From: Vulcanimicrobiota bacterium
Lineage (GTDB): Bacteria > Vulcanimicrobiota > Vulcanimicrobiia > Vulcanimicrobiales > Vulcanimicrobiaceae
NCBI GenBank assembly: GCA_963795855.1
Contig: CAWCIZ010000001.1
Span: 665,082-729,081 of the forward strand
DNA: 64,000 nucleotides
Direction: 5' to 3'
Part shown: one piece after another, positions 35,233-44,940 of the stretch
Numbering within the stretch: position 1 is the stretch's first letter
Layout: each line of letters opens with the position of its first letter
Notes under the pieces: model-generated
Database searches by the model: none
Seen by the model: the letters and a program-made list of their open reading frames with translations, nothing else
Told to the model about the DNA's origin: nothing
Made by a program: the position numbers and the translations under genes

Positions 35233-35858
35233 CGTGCAGCGGTTCGCAGCAGTGTCTCGATCTCCTCGATGCGTGACGTTACTTCGCGCTCGAGCGCGGG
35301 ATCGCGCAGAATCGGCAGCACGTCGCGTTTCGTCTTTTCGACGTAGCGGCGCCAGCGATCGACCGAGTCGCCACGCTTGACGTCCTTTATGACGTCTTGC
35401 AGATTCGCGCAGCGGTCCGCGCATTTCACGATAACCGCCTCGCTATCTTGCGCAATTCCATGATAGTACTGCGGTGCGTCGGGATCGCCGGCCGGTTCCG
35501 TCAGACGTTCCACGAGCGCGAGCAGATTGCCATCGTCCGAAAAGCGGGCACGCAATTCCGCGCGCGGAAGTTTCGTGTCTTCGAGCACGTCGTGCAGCAA
35601 GGCAGCGGCTGTGCAGCGATCCAGCGCCGGTTCATCGAGCGTAACGACACCGGCGCGGCTCCATCGCACCACGAGCGTAGCCGCCAGCCGCGGATGATCG
35701 ATGTACGGCGTGACGCGATCGGCGCGCCGCTGGCCGATGGCGCCGTGTGCGACGGATGCTACGACGTCCGCGAGCGCAATGAGGGCCGAGCGTTTTATGG
35801 CGTCCTGCAGTTCCGCCGAGTATGGCGCGGGTGGCTTGGGATACTCGCGGCTTGCCAC
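35229..35858 (-). CDS. HD-domain hydrolase, Mesh1/small alarmone hydrolase-like
   Basis: AH...QRR....PYIDHP, AALLHDVLEDT, LVERLT, VKCADRCANL. Confidence 0.8.
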   Translation of the reverse strand: MASREYPKPPAPYSAELQDAIKRSALIALADVVASVAHGAIGQRRADRVTPYIDHPRLAATLVVRWSRAGVVTLDEPALDRCTAAALLHDVLEDTKLPRAELRARFSDDGNLLALVERLTEPAGDPDAPQYYHGIAQDSEAVIVKCADRCANLQDVIKDVKRGDSVDRWRRYVEKTKRDVLPILRDPALEREVTSRIEEIETLLRTAAR

Positions 35859-35863
35859 CGCGT

Positions 35864-36825
35864 TTAGCGTCCGTCCATGCGATCGCGCGGATGCGCCTGG
35901 TCGTAGGCTCGCTTCTTATGCGCAAAGTCGACGTTCGTGTAGATCTGCGTCGTCGCGACGCTCTCGTGCCCGAGCAGTTCTTTGATCGTCACCAAATCCA
36001 CGCCGTTCTGGAGAAGATGCGTCGCGAAGGAATGGCGCAGCGTGTGCGGCGTGGCCTGTTCGTCGACGCCGCTGATTTTGTACAGCTCTTTAAAGATGTA
36101 CCAGACGTGCCGCGGCGTAAGCCGTTTCCCGCCGACGCCGACGAAGAGCGCCGGATCGGTGGTGCGGGGACGCACGCCCATGTAGCGCTGAATCGCGTCC
36201 ACCGTGGCTTGGTTGATGATGACCAGACGCTGCTTGGCGCCCTTGCCGTGAACGCGTACCGTTCGGTCGCGGAGATTCACGTCGCTGATGTCGATGCGCG
36301 CCACCTCCGCGCGCCGTACGCCGCTGCCGTACAACAGACTCGACGATCGCCGCCGCGCGCAGCCGCTGAAAAGGCGTCCAATCAGCGCGTTCCGCCGTCA
36401 GAAGACTTGCCGACCTCGGGTTGCCCCAGTACCTTCGGAAGTTTCTTTTCGATGGGCGGCGATGGGATGTCGGCCGCCGGATTGTCCTCGCGGATGCGCT
36501 CGTACTTGAGGTACTTGTAGAACGACCGCAGCGAGCAGATCTTGCGGCGGATCGCGACCATTTGGTAGTTTCGGCGCCCGGCCAAATCGGCGATGAATCG
36601 CCGCACGTCGCTCTGCGTTGCGCTCACGAGTGCCGGCCACGCCTTGCGGTTTCCCTCCGCGTCCAGCACGCTTTCGCCGGCCAGGAATGCGCCGAATAGT
36701 TCCAAGTCGCGCGCATAGGCATCGACCGTGAGACGGCTGCGGTTTCGCTCTTGCAGCAGGTACGCGCCGTGCAGCAGAATGTTCGGATCGAGCGGAGCCG
36801 ACTGCTCGTGGCCGTGCTTTCTCAT
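35864..36825 (-). CDS. XerC/XerD-type tyrosine recombinase (frameshift ~36335-36410)
   Basis: TVDAYARDL, RKICSLRSFYKYL, KLPKVL, GVRRAE, HGKGAKQR, PHTLRHSFATH, LLGH, TTQIYT. Confidence 0.92.
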
Positions 36826-36867
36826 GGTCGCCCTTTCTCCACAGGCTTCTCCTCAGAGGCTGCTGGC

Positions 36868-36895
36868 TTATCACAGAATAACTGTTTCATGATAT
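36868..36895. other. candidate dif-like recombination site (11-6-11)
   Basis: TTATCACAGAA-TAACTG-TTTCATGATAT; AT-rich imperfect palindrome (7/11 arm identity) 42 bp upstream of the xer start. Confidence 0.5.
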
Positions 36896-37199
36896 TTGCA
36901 GAGAAGGGCGACGGCTCCTGTGGACATCTGGCGAACCCGTCTATTACGGCGGCTCTTCTGCGCAGCGGGTGGTATACTGGCTCGCCTATGACGGAGCAGG
37001 GCCGGGCTGCACCGGATCACGGCGAACTATATGTCCGCGAATGGGCGTGCGCCGCGGTTCTGACGCGTCCGGGTTTTACCATCGCGGGACGGCGCGCGCG
37101 CCATAGATGGGGCGTTCGGCCCTTAACGCGTTCTTACGTCGACCTAACAGTTCGGAATTGTTCGGCGCGCTGTTAGGCTGCAAACTTAATAGCACGGCT

Positions 37200-37829
37200 A
37201 TGATGACCGCAACTTCATCCCTGCGTGTGTTCATCGTTGAACGGCAACTGCTATTCGGTGCTGCGATCGCGGAGATACTAGCGCTGGATCCCGGAATAGC
37301 GGCTGCCGTTACGGTTTCCGAGCGAGAATCGGCTCAATTACTCGCTTCGGATGCCGACGTCATCGTGCTCGACGCTGATTCCGAAGACATAGAGGATGCC
37401 GTCGAGTATTTGCGAGCGGTCATGCGCGAAAGCCGCATTTGCTTTCTCTCCATGCACGCCGATCCGGACGTCATGCAGCGGTGTATGGCCGCCGGCGCCG
37501 ACGGTTTCGTGATCAAGGATTCATCGCTTCAGGACCTCGTCGCGGCGATAAAGACGATTGGTAACGGCGAGAGTTACGTCGATCCGCGTGCGGCCGCGGC
37601 ACTGCTGCGGCGGCCTTCCGGAGAGCTCCCGTACCGCATGCGTCTTTCGCCGCGCGAAACGGACATCATTCGGTTGATCGCTCAGGGGTTATCGAATCGG
37701 GAAATCGGCAGCCGCCTTTTTCTTTCGGAAAAAACCGTCAAAAACCACGTAAGCCGCATCTTTTCGAAGCTGCACTTCACGACGCGGGCGCAAGCGGCAG
37801 TTCATGCGATTCGCACCGGCTTGGTTTAA
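37200..37829 (+). CDS. NarL/LuxR family response regulator
   Basis: receiver domain (IVLD, FLSMH, GADGFVIK) plus HTH LSPRE..I...IAQGLSNREI...LSEKTVKNHVSRI. Confidence 0.92.
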   Translation: MMTATSSLRVFIVERQLLFGAAIAEILALDPGIAAAVTVSERESAQLLASDADVIVLDADSEDIEDAVEYLRAVMRESRICFLSMHADPDVMQRCMAAGADGFVIKDSSLQDLVAAIKTIGNGESYVDPRAAAALLRRPSGELPYRMRLSPRETDIIRLIAQGLSNREIGSRLFLSEKTVKNHVSRIFSKLHFTTRAQAAVHAIRTGLV

Positions 37830-38071
37830 CGTGTCTGAACGAAGTCTGCGAATTTCTTTAATTGACATTCGCTGGACTTCCAACCGACCTGCACCTGCGT
37901 AACAGACTTTATGCGGGCGCTCCAAGTGTCCTTTGATCTGCGGGCTCATGGCAACGAGCTCTGCACGCAGCTGCGCCATCGTATGCGCGGGCCTACTTCT
38001 CTACGCGCAGTCCGCTTCAGGTGATCGGGAATCTCATAGCGGGATCCCCGATCGCCTGACGTTTAGAACGT

Positions 38072-38413
38072 TTACTGCTTTCCGATGCGTTGGTTGGCGT
38101 TGTTGAGTACGTAGATTTTATCGGCGTGCCTGATGCCCAGAGCCTTCTGGTCGTAGATGATGCCGACGTATTGTCCCGCTTTGATCTTGCGCATTTGGTA
38201 GGTGGTCTTGCCGTCGGCCGAAAAGACTTGATCGAATTTCGGCAGGATCTCAAAGCTCAAGGTTTGCTTGGACTTGGGATCATACACCTTGATGTTGTTC
38301 GTTGAGACGTGGCGGGTGATGCCATAGAATGTTGACGCCGCCAGCGCCGTACTGGTTCCGAACATTGCGAGCGCGCAAGCCAGTGCCAGCGAGAGGGCAA
38401 AAAGACGTTTCAC
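38072..38413 (-). CDS. small secreted hypothetical protein
   Basis: signal peptide MKRLFALSLALACALA...ALA; AGGAG SD; beta-rich mature part. Confidence 0.75.
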   Translation of the reverse strand: MKRLFALSLALACALAMFGTSTALAASTFYGITRHVSTNNIKVYDPKSKQTLSFEILPKFDQVFSADGKTTYQMRKIKAGQYVGIIYDQKALGIRHADKIYVLNNANQRIGKQ

Positions 38414-38679
38414 GTGTGCTTGCTCCTATAAATTCCGGTTAATTCAGTGAAATTGGCGCAATTTGGGGCGCCGAGGTGGTAACGTCCAGCCGGCATGTTT
38501 GCGTTCCGGCCTGCTATGTCCGGTATTTTGGGGCAACGGACGAGCGTGCGGTTCCGTTAGGTTCGCGGCCGGCGCGCTGTGGGCAGCGGCGGGTCGGTCA
38601 ACCTGGCTGGCGCCTTTTTAGCTGACGATAACCGGTCCAGCTGAACAACTCGTTCGCGTTCTACACTGCGAGCGACTCG

Positions 38680-39882
38680 TCAATTCTTCGTGCGCTTCTC
38701 CGTGTGCCGCCAAAGCCAGGATGCTCTGCGGGGCGCTTTTCCTAGAGCGGCCTGAGCCGATGCAGCGCCAACCGGAGCAGGGCGAAAGTTGATGATCACC
38801 ACGCGAATGATACCGGCCACTGGGACGGCGAGTAGAAGTCCTGGAATACCGGCGAGCTCACCGCCGGCAAGTAAAGCCAGGATGACCGCAAGCGGGGTCA
38901 ACTCCACGCTCTTGCTGACGACGTTTGGAGCGATAATGTGGCCTTCGAGCTGATTTATCACAACGATTCCCAAACTGACGAACAGCGCGTTTTCTATCCC
39001 ATTAGTGAATAGCGCGATGAGGAAGGCGGGGAGCCAGCCTGCGATGGCGCCGACGTAGGGAATGACGTCAAGAATGCCGGCAATGGTGCCGATAAGCGCC
39101 GCGTATTGCACGTGCAATCCTAACAGCAGCAGCGTCACAAGTGTACCAACGATAGCAGCGACTATGAGCTGTCCGCGGATGAATCCGCCGACGACGTGAT
39201 CGAGGTCGCTAATGATCTTCAACGCTTTTGGCTGCGCGTTCTTCGGGATGAACCCCAGGAGCGTTTGCTTGAGCCCCTCGGATTCAATCATGAGATACGC
39301 CGCCACCACCGGAATGATAACGAACAACGCGCCTATCGTCACGATCGACAGAAGTGCCGGCAGCACGGTGCTCGCGACGGTAGCGCCGTATTTTGAAATG
39401 TTCACTTGGATCTGCGCGGGCAGGTTCCTCAGGTAGTCGCTGACGCCGAGCGGTAAATGCTTGGCAAATGGACTATTCGGATCCGCCAGCGCGGATTGCG
39501 CGTTGTGAACCAGTTTCGGAGCATCGTGGACCAGGTGTTGCGCGTCCGCGCCCAGGATCGGTACGGCGACGTAGGCTCCGAACGCGATGAGTAGCGCGAT
39601 CGCCAAATACACAATCGCGATCGAGAGCCCGAGCGGGAGCCGGCGATTCAATCGCGTTATGAGCGGAAACACGAGATAAGCGAAAAGTACCGCGCCGATG
39701 ACGACGATCGTGAAGCTTCGCACCCGCACCAAAAACTCTAGAGCCTTGTAGAGAATGAAGCCTGCGAGAATGACGAGCCAACAGATGCGCACGGCGTGCA
39801 GCACGCGATCGCTGCGTTGGACGAGTCGCAGCCTCGCGGACTCTTCCTGCTCTTGAGCGGCGCGAAGTGTTCCGTCATCCAT
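38680..39882 (-). CDS. AI-2E (PerM) family transporter
   Basis: AYLVFP, GFIRGQ, IPYVG, QLEGHIIAP, GIPGLLLAVP; multiple TM helices. Confidence 0.92.
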   Translation of the reverse strand: MDDGTLRAAQEQEESARLRLVQRSDRVLHAVRICWLVILAGFILYKALEFLVRVRSFTIVVIGAVLFAYLVFPLITRLNRRLPLGLSIAIVYLAIALLIAFGAYVAVPILGADAQHLVHDAPKLVHNAQSALADPNSPFAKHLPLGVSDYLRNLPAQIQVNISKYGATVASTVLPALLSIVTIGALFVIIPVVAAYLMIESEGLKQTLLGFIPKNAQPKALKIISDLDHVVGGFIRGQLIVAAIVGTLVTLLLLGLHVQYAALIGTIAGILDVIPYVGAIAGWLPAFLIALFTNGIENALFVSLGIVVINQLEGHIIAPNVVSKSVELTPLAVILALLAGGELAGIPGLLLAVPVAGIIRVVIINFRPAPVGAASAQAALGKAPRRASWLWRHTEKRTKN

Positions 39883-40112
39883 TACACATCCCTTTCAGAA
39901 CGGCGCCGTATCGTCTTGGCTTGAGAGTCCGTGCCGTACGAGTGTCCTGCCCCGTGCGGTCACCGGTCCCCGCTTCGAATTCGACCCAAAATTGCCCGCT
40001 AATCTTCTACAAGAGAGCGGACCACGATTGTCCCCGGAAGCAGCAACACGTCTGGGACGACCATTCAGAGAATGCCGCATTGCTGGGCAGCGGAGGGTAA
40101 AGACTCAACCGG

Positions 40113-40355
40113 ATGTGTTCCGACGCGCAAGAGCCTCTTCGATCCGATACGCCGTTTGAGCGCGGTGCCGACGAACGATTAGGCCGCATCGCCGCGAATT
40201 TTTCATACGCCTTGCTGCGCGCCGATCCCGCCGTAGGCGATCTGCGTACGGCTGCAGCCAATTTGCGGAATGCGATTACGGCCGCCCGGCAGTCCGGCGT
40301 ACCGGAAGACCTCATCCGGCACATCCTCGCGGAGGCCATTCTCCGCGAAAGCTAG
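40113..40355 (+). CDS. small hypothetical protein
   Basis: 80-aa helical ORF; GGAGG upstream. Confidence 0.5.
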   Translation: MCSDAQEPLRSDTPFERGADERLGRIAANFSYALLRADPAVGDLRTAAANLRNAITAARQSGVPEDLIRHILAEAILRES

Positions 40356-40522
40356 CGGGTCCGCGTCGGTGCCGATCCCAACGCATCCCCACACCCGACG
40401 GATATTTGGTACGTCGCAAAACAAGCACAGGACGGGCGTGCGCACTTGCCGTGTGTAAACCGGCGTAGCCTACGCCTATGAGCAAGCAATCCGTTGGGCT
40501 CTGATGCGTCAGGTTCGTCGAT

Positions 40523-41290
40523 CTAATCGAACGGCGACGCGCCAACCGAGAAGGGCACGTCCGTTGAAATCGCTCGAAAGCGGCGCCGGTGCACAACGAC
40601 GACCGGCACGGTGCGGCCTTCGTCGTGAAGCGCTGCGGTCATCGTGAACGTTTCATCAAGTCCCAGCAGCAACGGCACGCCGCGCAACGCGTAGTAGGCG
40701 GTGCCGTGCATCTGCACCGTGCCACCAATCGTCGGCGCACCGTCACCCGCAACTCTGCCATGTGCGGGGCCCGTGGCATCGAACCGTACCTGAAGCGCGC
40801 GAACCGACCCGACGCGTGCAATCGCACCACGTTGCAAGTAACCGCGTAACGTCCCGCCGGTCAGCGGCGCCGGCATGTTCAGCATCAGGCGTGCACGTGA
40901 ATGGAGCAGATCGTTCAACGTCTGCCCGTCGATTTCAATATCGAACGGCTGGTTGAGGATCGTTGCAAACTGCGGATCTGCATTGGCTTCATCCCGCAGA
41001 TCGCCCGACGAAGTGAGAACCTGCGTAAATGAACCGCGCAAGGGTAGCGTCTCGGAGCCATCCGATTGCGTGCCACTCAATTGCGCAGTAAATTCGGTGC
41101 GCGAGCCGCGTTTGCGGATGGTCAGCGTTTCATCTCCTGTAAGCGAGAGCGTGTCGCTGTTTGCTGCCGAGCCCATCGTGTAACGATCGCTGCCGCTTAC
41201 CGAATAGCGTTGATCCGCCAGTGCGCCGAGCGAAGCGGTCGAGAGCAGCGCGACGCACAAGGACAAGAAAGACAGTATTCTCGCACGCAT
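40523..41290 (-). CDS. secreted hypothetical protein
   Basis: signal peptide MRARILSFLSLCVALL...ALA; beta-rich body. Confidence 0.7.
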   Translation of the reverse strand: MRARILSFLSLCVALLSTASLGALADQRYSVSGSDRYTMGSAANSDTLSLTGDETLTIRKRGSRTEFTAQLSGTQSDGSETLPLRGSFTQVLTSSGDLRDEANADPQFATILNQPFDIEIDGQTLNDLLHSRARLMLNMPAPLTGGTLRGYLQRGAIARVGSVRALQVRFDATGPAHGRVAGDGAPTIGGTVQMHGTAYYALRGVPLLLGLDETFTMTAALHDEGRTVPVVVVHRRRFRAISTDVPFSVGASPFD

Positions 41291-41405
41291 CCGAATGTGC
41301 TCGATCCTCACTTCCCGGCGTATCGGCCGCTCACGCTTATTCCCAAAGCAGGCATGACGCCAAACGGATGCCTGCATCCGAGCAACGATGGGAATAATTC
41401 CACCG

Positions 41406-41636
41406 ATGGGCATTCCATACGAATATCGTGTAAAAAATTTTGCGGGCGCACGAGATATGGAGGACGACCTTAGCAACCTATCACGTGATGGCTGGGAGCC
41501 AATCAACTTCGCGCGCGACTCCGCCGGTCAATATGAGGTGGTTTTGCGGCGCGAGCGTGAAGATCAGTCCGCGGCAGTCCTCGAGCACCTCGAAGCGACG
41601 ATGCCGGGAGAACCGCCGACCCCTTTAACGGAGTAG
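41406..41636 (+). CDS. DUF4177-like small protein
   Basis: YEYRV......EDDL..L..DGWE........VLRR pattern. Confidence 0.65.
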   Translation: MGIPYEYRVKNFAGARDMEDDLSNLSRDGWEPINFARDSAGQYEVVLRREREDQSAAVLEHLEATMPGEPPTPLTE

Positions 41637-41900
41637 ACTCTTGATTTTTCTGGTTTGAAGCACGCACGTTTTGTACGGTACGATGTGAGCAAACATTTCG
41701 CTGCGGGTCACGCTCATACGGGCGCGGCTCCGTGGACATTGGAGTGACCTAAACCGCCGTTTTCGGTGCCGACAGGCTAATCTGGAACCTTCTCAAGCGG
41801 TCGAGCGACCGCCCTGCATGAGCCTTCGCCGCCGCGCGCAATCTATCGACTAACACGCAAGGCATCAGCCTTGCGCGGTTGTGCTTGTTAGGGACCTTCA

Positions 41901-42746
41901 ATGACCTTTGACCGCCACGCATTCACTAAGCCGCTTGCAACTGAAGCGACTCTTTCGCCTACGCAAAAGCTCGCCGCTCAAGAAGCGCCGGCACCGCCAC
42001 TGTTAAGCGACGAAGAGCGCCGAGCTGCGGAGACGCTGATCCATCATCTCTTCGCTGCGTCAACCCATCGGATCGACGGCATCGAATACCACGCGGCCTA
42101 CGCGCTGGCGGACGGTGCGGTTGGCGGCGATATCGTGGACGTCTATCATTTCGATAATGGTAATGTCTCGCTGGCCATCGCGGATATTTCCGGAAAAGGT
42201 GCAACGGCGGCCATTCATGCCGCACTGGTCAAGTACGGGCTGCGGTGTTATACCTCCGAGGGGCTCACGGCGGAGCGCGTTTTGCGATCGCTCGACCGCG
42301 CGTACATCGAAAACAATGCCTTCGAGCGAACCGAGTCTTTCGCCAGTGTCTTTGTCGGCATTCTGGACCACGATCGCCGGGCGCTCACCTACGCATCGGC
42401 CGGTCACGAGCCAATCATCTTATGTCGACCGAACGGCAGACTAGACGTGCTTGCGCCCACCGCACCGCTCATTGGCGTCTTCGACGACCAACACCACCTT
42501 TTTAAACAGCGCACGCTGGACATTGAAGCCGGCACAGTACTCGTCGCCACAACGGACGGCGTCACGGAAGCGCGATCGCCTAGCGGGGACTTCTTCGGAA
42601 TGGAACGGCTCATTTCGACGGCTTCTCGAGCAGCACACGCCTCTTCGATGCGCGATGTTGTTGATGCGCTCTTGCACGAGGTAGACAGGTTTAGCGGGGG
42701 GCGACTCCAGGATGACATTGCGGCCCTGGCGGTCAGGATCTTCTAG
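41901..42746 (+). CDS. PP2C/SpoIIE (RsbU-like) phosphatase without sensor domain
   Basis: VGGDIVD, IADISGKG, YASAGHEP, TDGVTEA, DDIA. Confidence 0.92.
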   Translation: MTFDRHAFTKPLATEATLSPTQKLAAQEAPAPPLLSDEERRAAETLIHHLFAASTHRIDGIEYHAAYALADGAVGGDIVDVYHFDNGNVSLAIADISGKGATAAIHAALVKYGLRCYTSEGLTAERVLRSLDRAYIENNAFERTESFASVFVGILDHDRRALTYASAGHEPIILCRPNGRLDVLAPTAPLIGVFDDQHHLFKQRTLDIEAGTVLVATTDGVTEARSPSGDFFGMERLISTASRAAHASSMRDVVDALLHEVDRFSGGRLQDDIAALAVRIF

Positions 42747-43030
42747 ATCCGATACGTCCATGTGTATGCGATGCGCGGACGTAAAGGCAAATATTCGGCC
42801 GGCAGTTTGTTCACCAAGCAAGCCATTAGCGGCTAGAACCTCCAAGGGCCGTGGCTTTCACGAAGGTGTTTTGTTCTTCTAAACGACGCCCGCTGACCTT
42901 GGCTGCTCCCTTGTAGAGCGTCCGCATGGAACGTGAGTTTTGCCCGCGCGTGGTTACAACCAGGATGGAGGGACATCCAAAGATCAACGCAGATCCCCTT
43001 CGGTCCTGAACAGCAAGACAACGAGCAAGG

Positions 43031-43062
43031 GAAGACCGGCGACGCGCCGGTCTTCTTCTTTT
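43031..43062 (+). terminator. intrinsic terminator-like hairpin
   Basis: GAAGACCGGCG-ACG-CGCCGGTCTTC followed by TTCTTTT. Confidence 0.7.
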
Positions 43063-43516
43063 AACTCACGTAGCTGATGTTGACGGGAAAGCCGGCATCT
43101 TCTGCGCGTTTGAGCACGGCAAACACTTCGTCGAGTTCGTTTTCGATTGCGACGATTTCGTGTGCGCTCACGCCGACCGGCGCGGCATTCTCCCACAGAA
43201 TTCGCCGCGCAGTTTCAAGCGCATGGCGCAAACGCTGCGGCGTCGATTCGAGAACCGCCCAGTCGTCGAGTGATACCGGCGGCACGACGCGCCAGCCCCG
43301 GCCCCAAACGAATTCCTCATCGTCGAAATATGCGTGCGGTATCGCAGCGAGCATCTCCAATGCTTCGCGCTCGGGTCCGCTCAGCGCGAGGTCTGCCTCG
43401 GCCAAACGAACGATGTACCGGAAAAATGATGCATTGCCGACGGTGTATGTACCGGCAGGGGATGCCACGCTGACGTTCACCGGCGAGGGCACCGGTTCGC
43501 CGTGCATGAAGTTCAT
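43061..43516 (-). CDS. hypothetical protein
   Basis: 151-aa ORF with protein-like composition and no competing annotation. Confidence 0.7.
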   Translation of the reverse strand: MNFMHGEPVPSPVNVSVASPAGTYTVGNASFFRYIVRLAEADLALSGPEREALEMLAAIPHAYFDDEEFVWGRGWRVVPPVSLDDWAVLESTPQRLRHALETARRILWENAAPVGVSAHEIVAIENELDEVFAVLKRAEDAGFPVNISYVS

Positions 43517-43626
43517 CTAAAGCGCTAGTTCGCACCAGGTACCGCTCTTGCCCGCTCAGCTTCCGGCAAGAAATGCGCTTGCGTTGGAAATGCTTCGTCA
43601 AAACGGGGGCGAACAGACGTTTCGCG

Positions 43627-44940
43627 ATGATCGACGCGTCCGTGTATAACAAGTGCGTCCGCTGCGGCCTTTGTCTGCCGACCTGCCCGACCTACGTCGA
43701 GACCCTGACGGAAACGTCGGGGCCTCGCGGCCGGATCAGCCTCGTGAAAGCGGTCGCCGAGGAACGGCTCGACCTGCTCTCGCCGGGTTTCGTGCATCAA
43801 ATGTCCGAGTGCTTGGACTGCCGTGCGTGTGAGGCGGTCTGCCCGAGCGGCGTGCAATACGGGCAACTGGTCGAAGCGGCGCGTTCCGAAATCGCCGACG
43901 CACAAGCCGCGACGCGCTCGCCGCTTTTGCGCTTCTTCCGCTGGTTCGTCCTCAAGGTGCTTTTCGGAAACCTGGCCGTCATGCGGGCTGCGGCCGCGTT
44001 GCTGCGCGTTTATCAGCGAAGCGGCCTACAGCGGCTCGCGCGCAAAATGGGATTGCTGCGCGCGCTGCATTTGGAAGAAAGTGAAGCGCTCGCGCCGGAG
44101 ATCTCATCCAAATTCTTCGTCGCGCGCGGGCAGCGCTATGTCGTTCCGTCGCCGCGGTTTACCGTGATGCTGCACGCAGGCTGCGTCATGCATGTAGCAT
44201 TCGCGCACGTCGATGAAGCGACGGTGCGCGTGCTGCAGCGCAACGGCTGCAGTGTGGTTGCTCCGGCTGCTCAAGGGTGTTGCGGCGCGATCGCCGTTCA
44301 CGCCGGCGAAATGCGTTTCGGCTGCGAACTGGCAAAACGCAACATCGCTGCGTTTGAATCCTCGGGCGCGGACTACTACATCATCAATGCCGCCGGCTGC
44401 GGATCCACACTCAAAGAGTACGGGCATTTGCTACGAAACGAGCCGCAGTGGGCGGAGCGCGCCGCGCGGTTTTCCGCGGCCGTGCGGGACGTGCTCGAGT
44501 TTCTCGACGAGATTGGCATCGTGGGCGACTTGGGGGTGGTCGAACGCACCGTTACGTATCAGGACGCATGTCATCTTGCTCACGCGCAAAGAATCACTGC
44601 GGCGCCGCGCCGCTTACTCTCGCGAATTCCGGGACTTCGGTTGGTCGAGATGAACGAGAGTTCGCTTTGCTGCGGCAGTGCCGGCATCTACAACGTGACG
44701 CAGCCGGAGATGGCGAATCGCTTGGGAACGCGTAAGGCGGAGAACGTCGCAGCAACGCAAGCCGACGCGGTTGCGACGGCGAACCCGGGTTGCGCGCTGC
44801 AGATGACCGCGCATCTGCGCAAACGAAAGAGCCCGATGCGCGTGCAACACGTCATCGAGCTGCTGGACGAATCGTATCGGAACTACAGCGATGCCACGAG
44901 CCGATCGCGATCGTTCAGCGCGGCCTCGAGTGAGGCGTAA
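43627..44940 (+). CDS. glcF: glycolate oxidase Fe-S subunit-like (4Fe-4S plus two CCG domains)
   Basis: CVRCGLCLPTCPTY, CLDCRACEAVCPSGV, CCGA, YQDACHLAHAQ, CCGSAGIYN, ANPGC. Confidence 0.85.
   Translation: MIDASVYNKCVRCGLCLPTCPTYVETLTETSGPRGRISLVKAVAEERLDLLSPGFVHQMSECLDCRACEAVCPSGVQYGQLVEAARSEIADAQAATRSPLLRFFRWFVLKVLFGNLAVMRAAAALLRVYQRSGLQRLARKMGLLRALHLEESEALAPEISSKFFVARGQRYVVPSPRFTVMLHAGCVMHVAFAHVDEATVRVLQRNGCSVVAPAAQGCCGAIAVHAGEMRFGCELAKRNIAAFESSGADYYIINAAGCGSTLKEYGHLLRNEPQWAERAARFSAAVRDVLEFLDEIGIVGDLGVVERTVTYQDACHLAHAQRITAAPRRLLSRIPGLRLVEMNESSLCCGSAGIYNVTQPEMANRLGTRKAENVAATQADAVATANPGCALQMTAHLRKRKSPMRVQHVIELLDESYRNYSDATSRSRSFSAASSEA

Noticed and set aside
35864..36825. Xer gene as the integrase of the 33.0-34.5 kb islet or of a prophage
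   Set aside because: It lies outside the direct repeats, has host-like composition and XerC/D-type motifs, and no phage genes are present.
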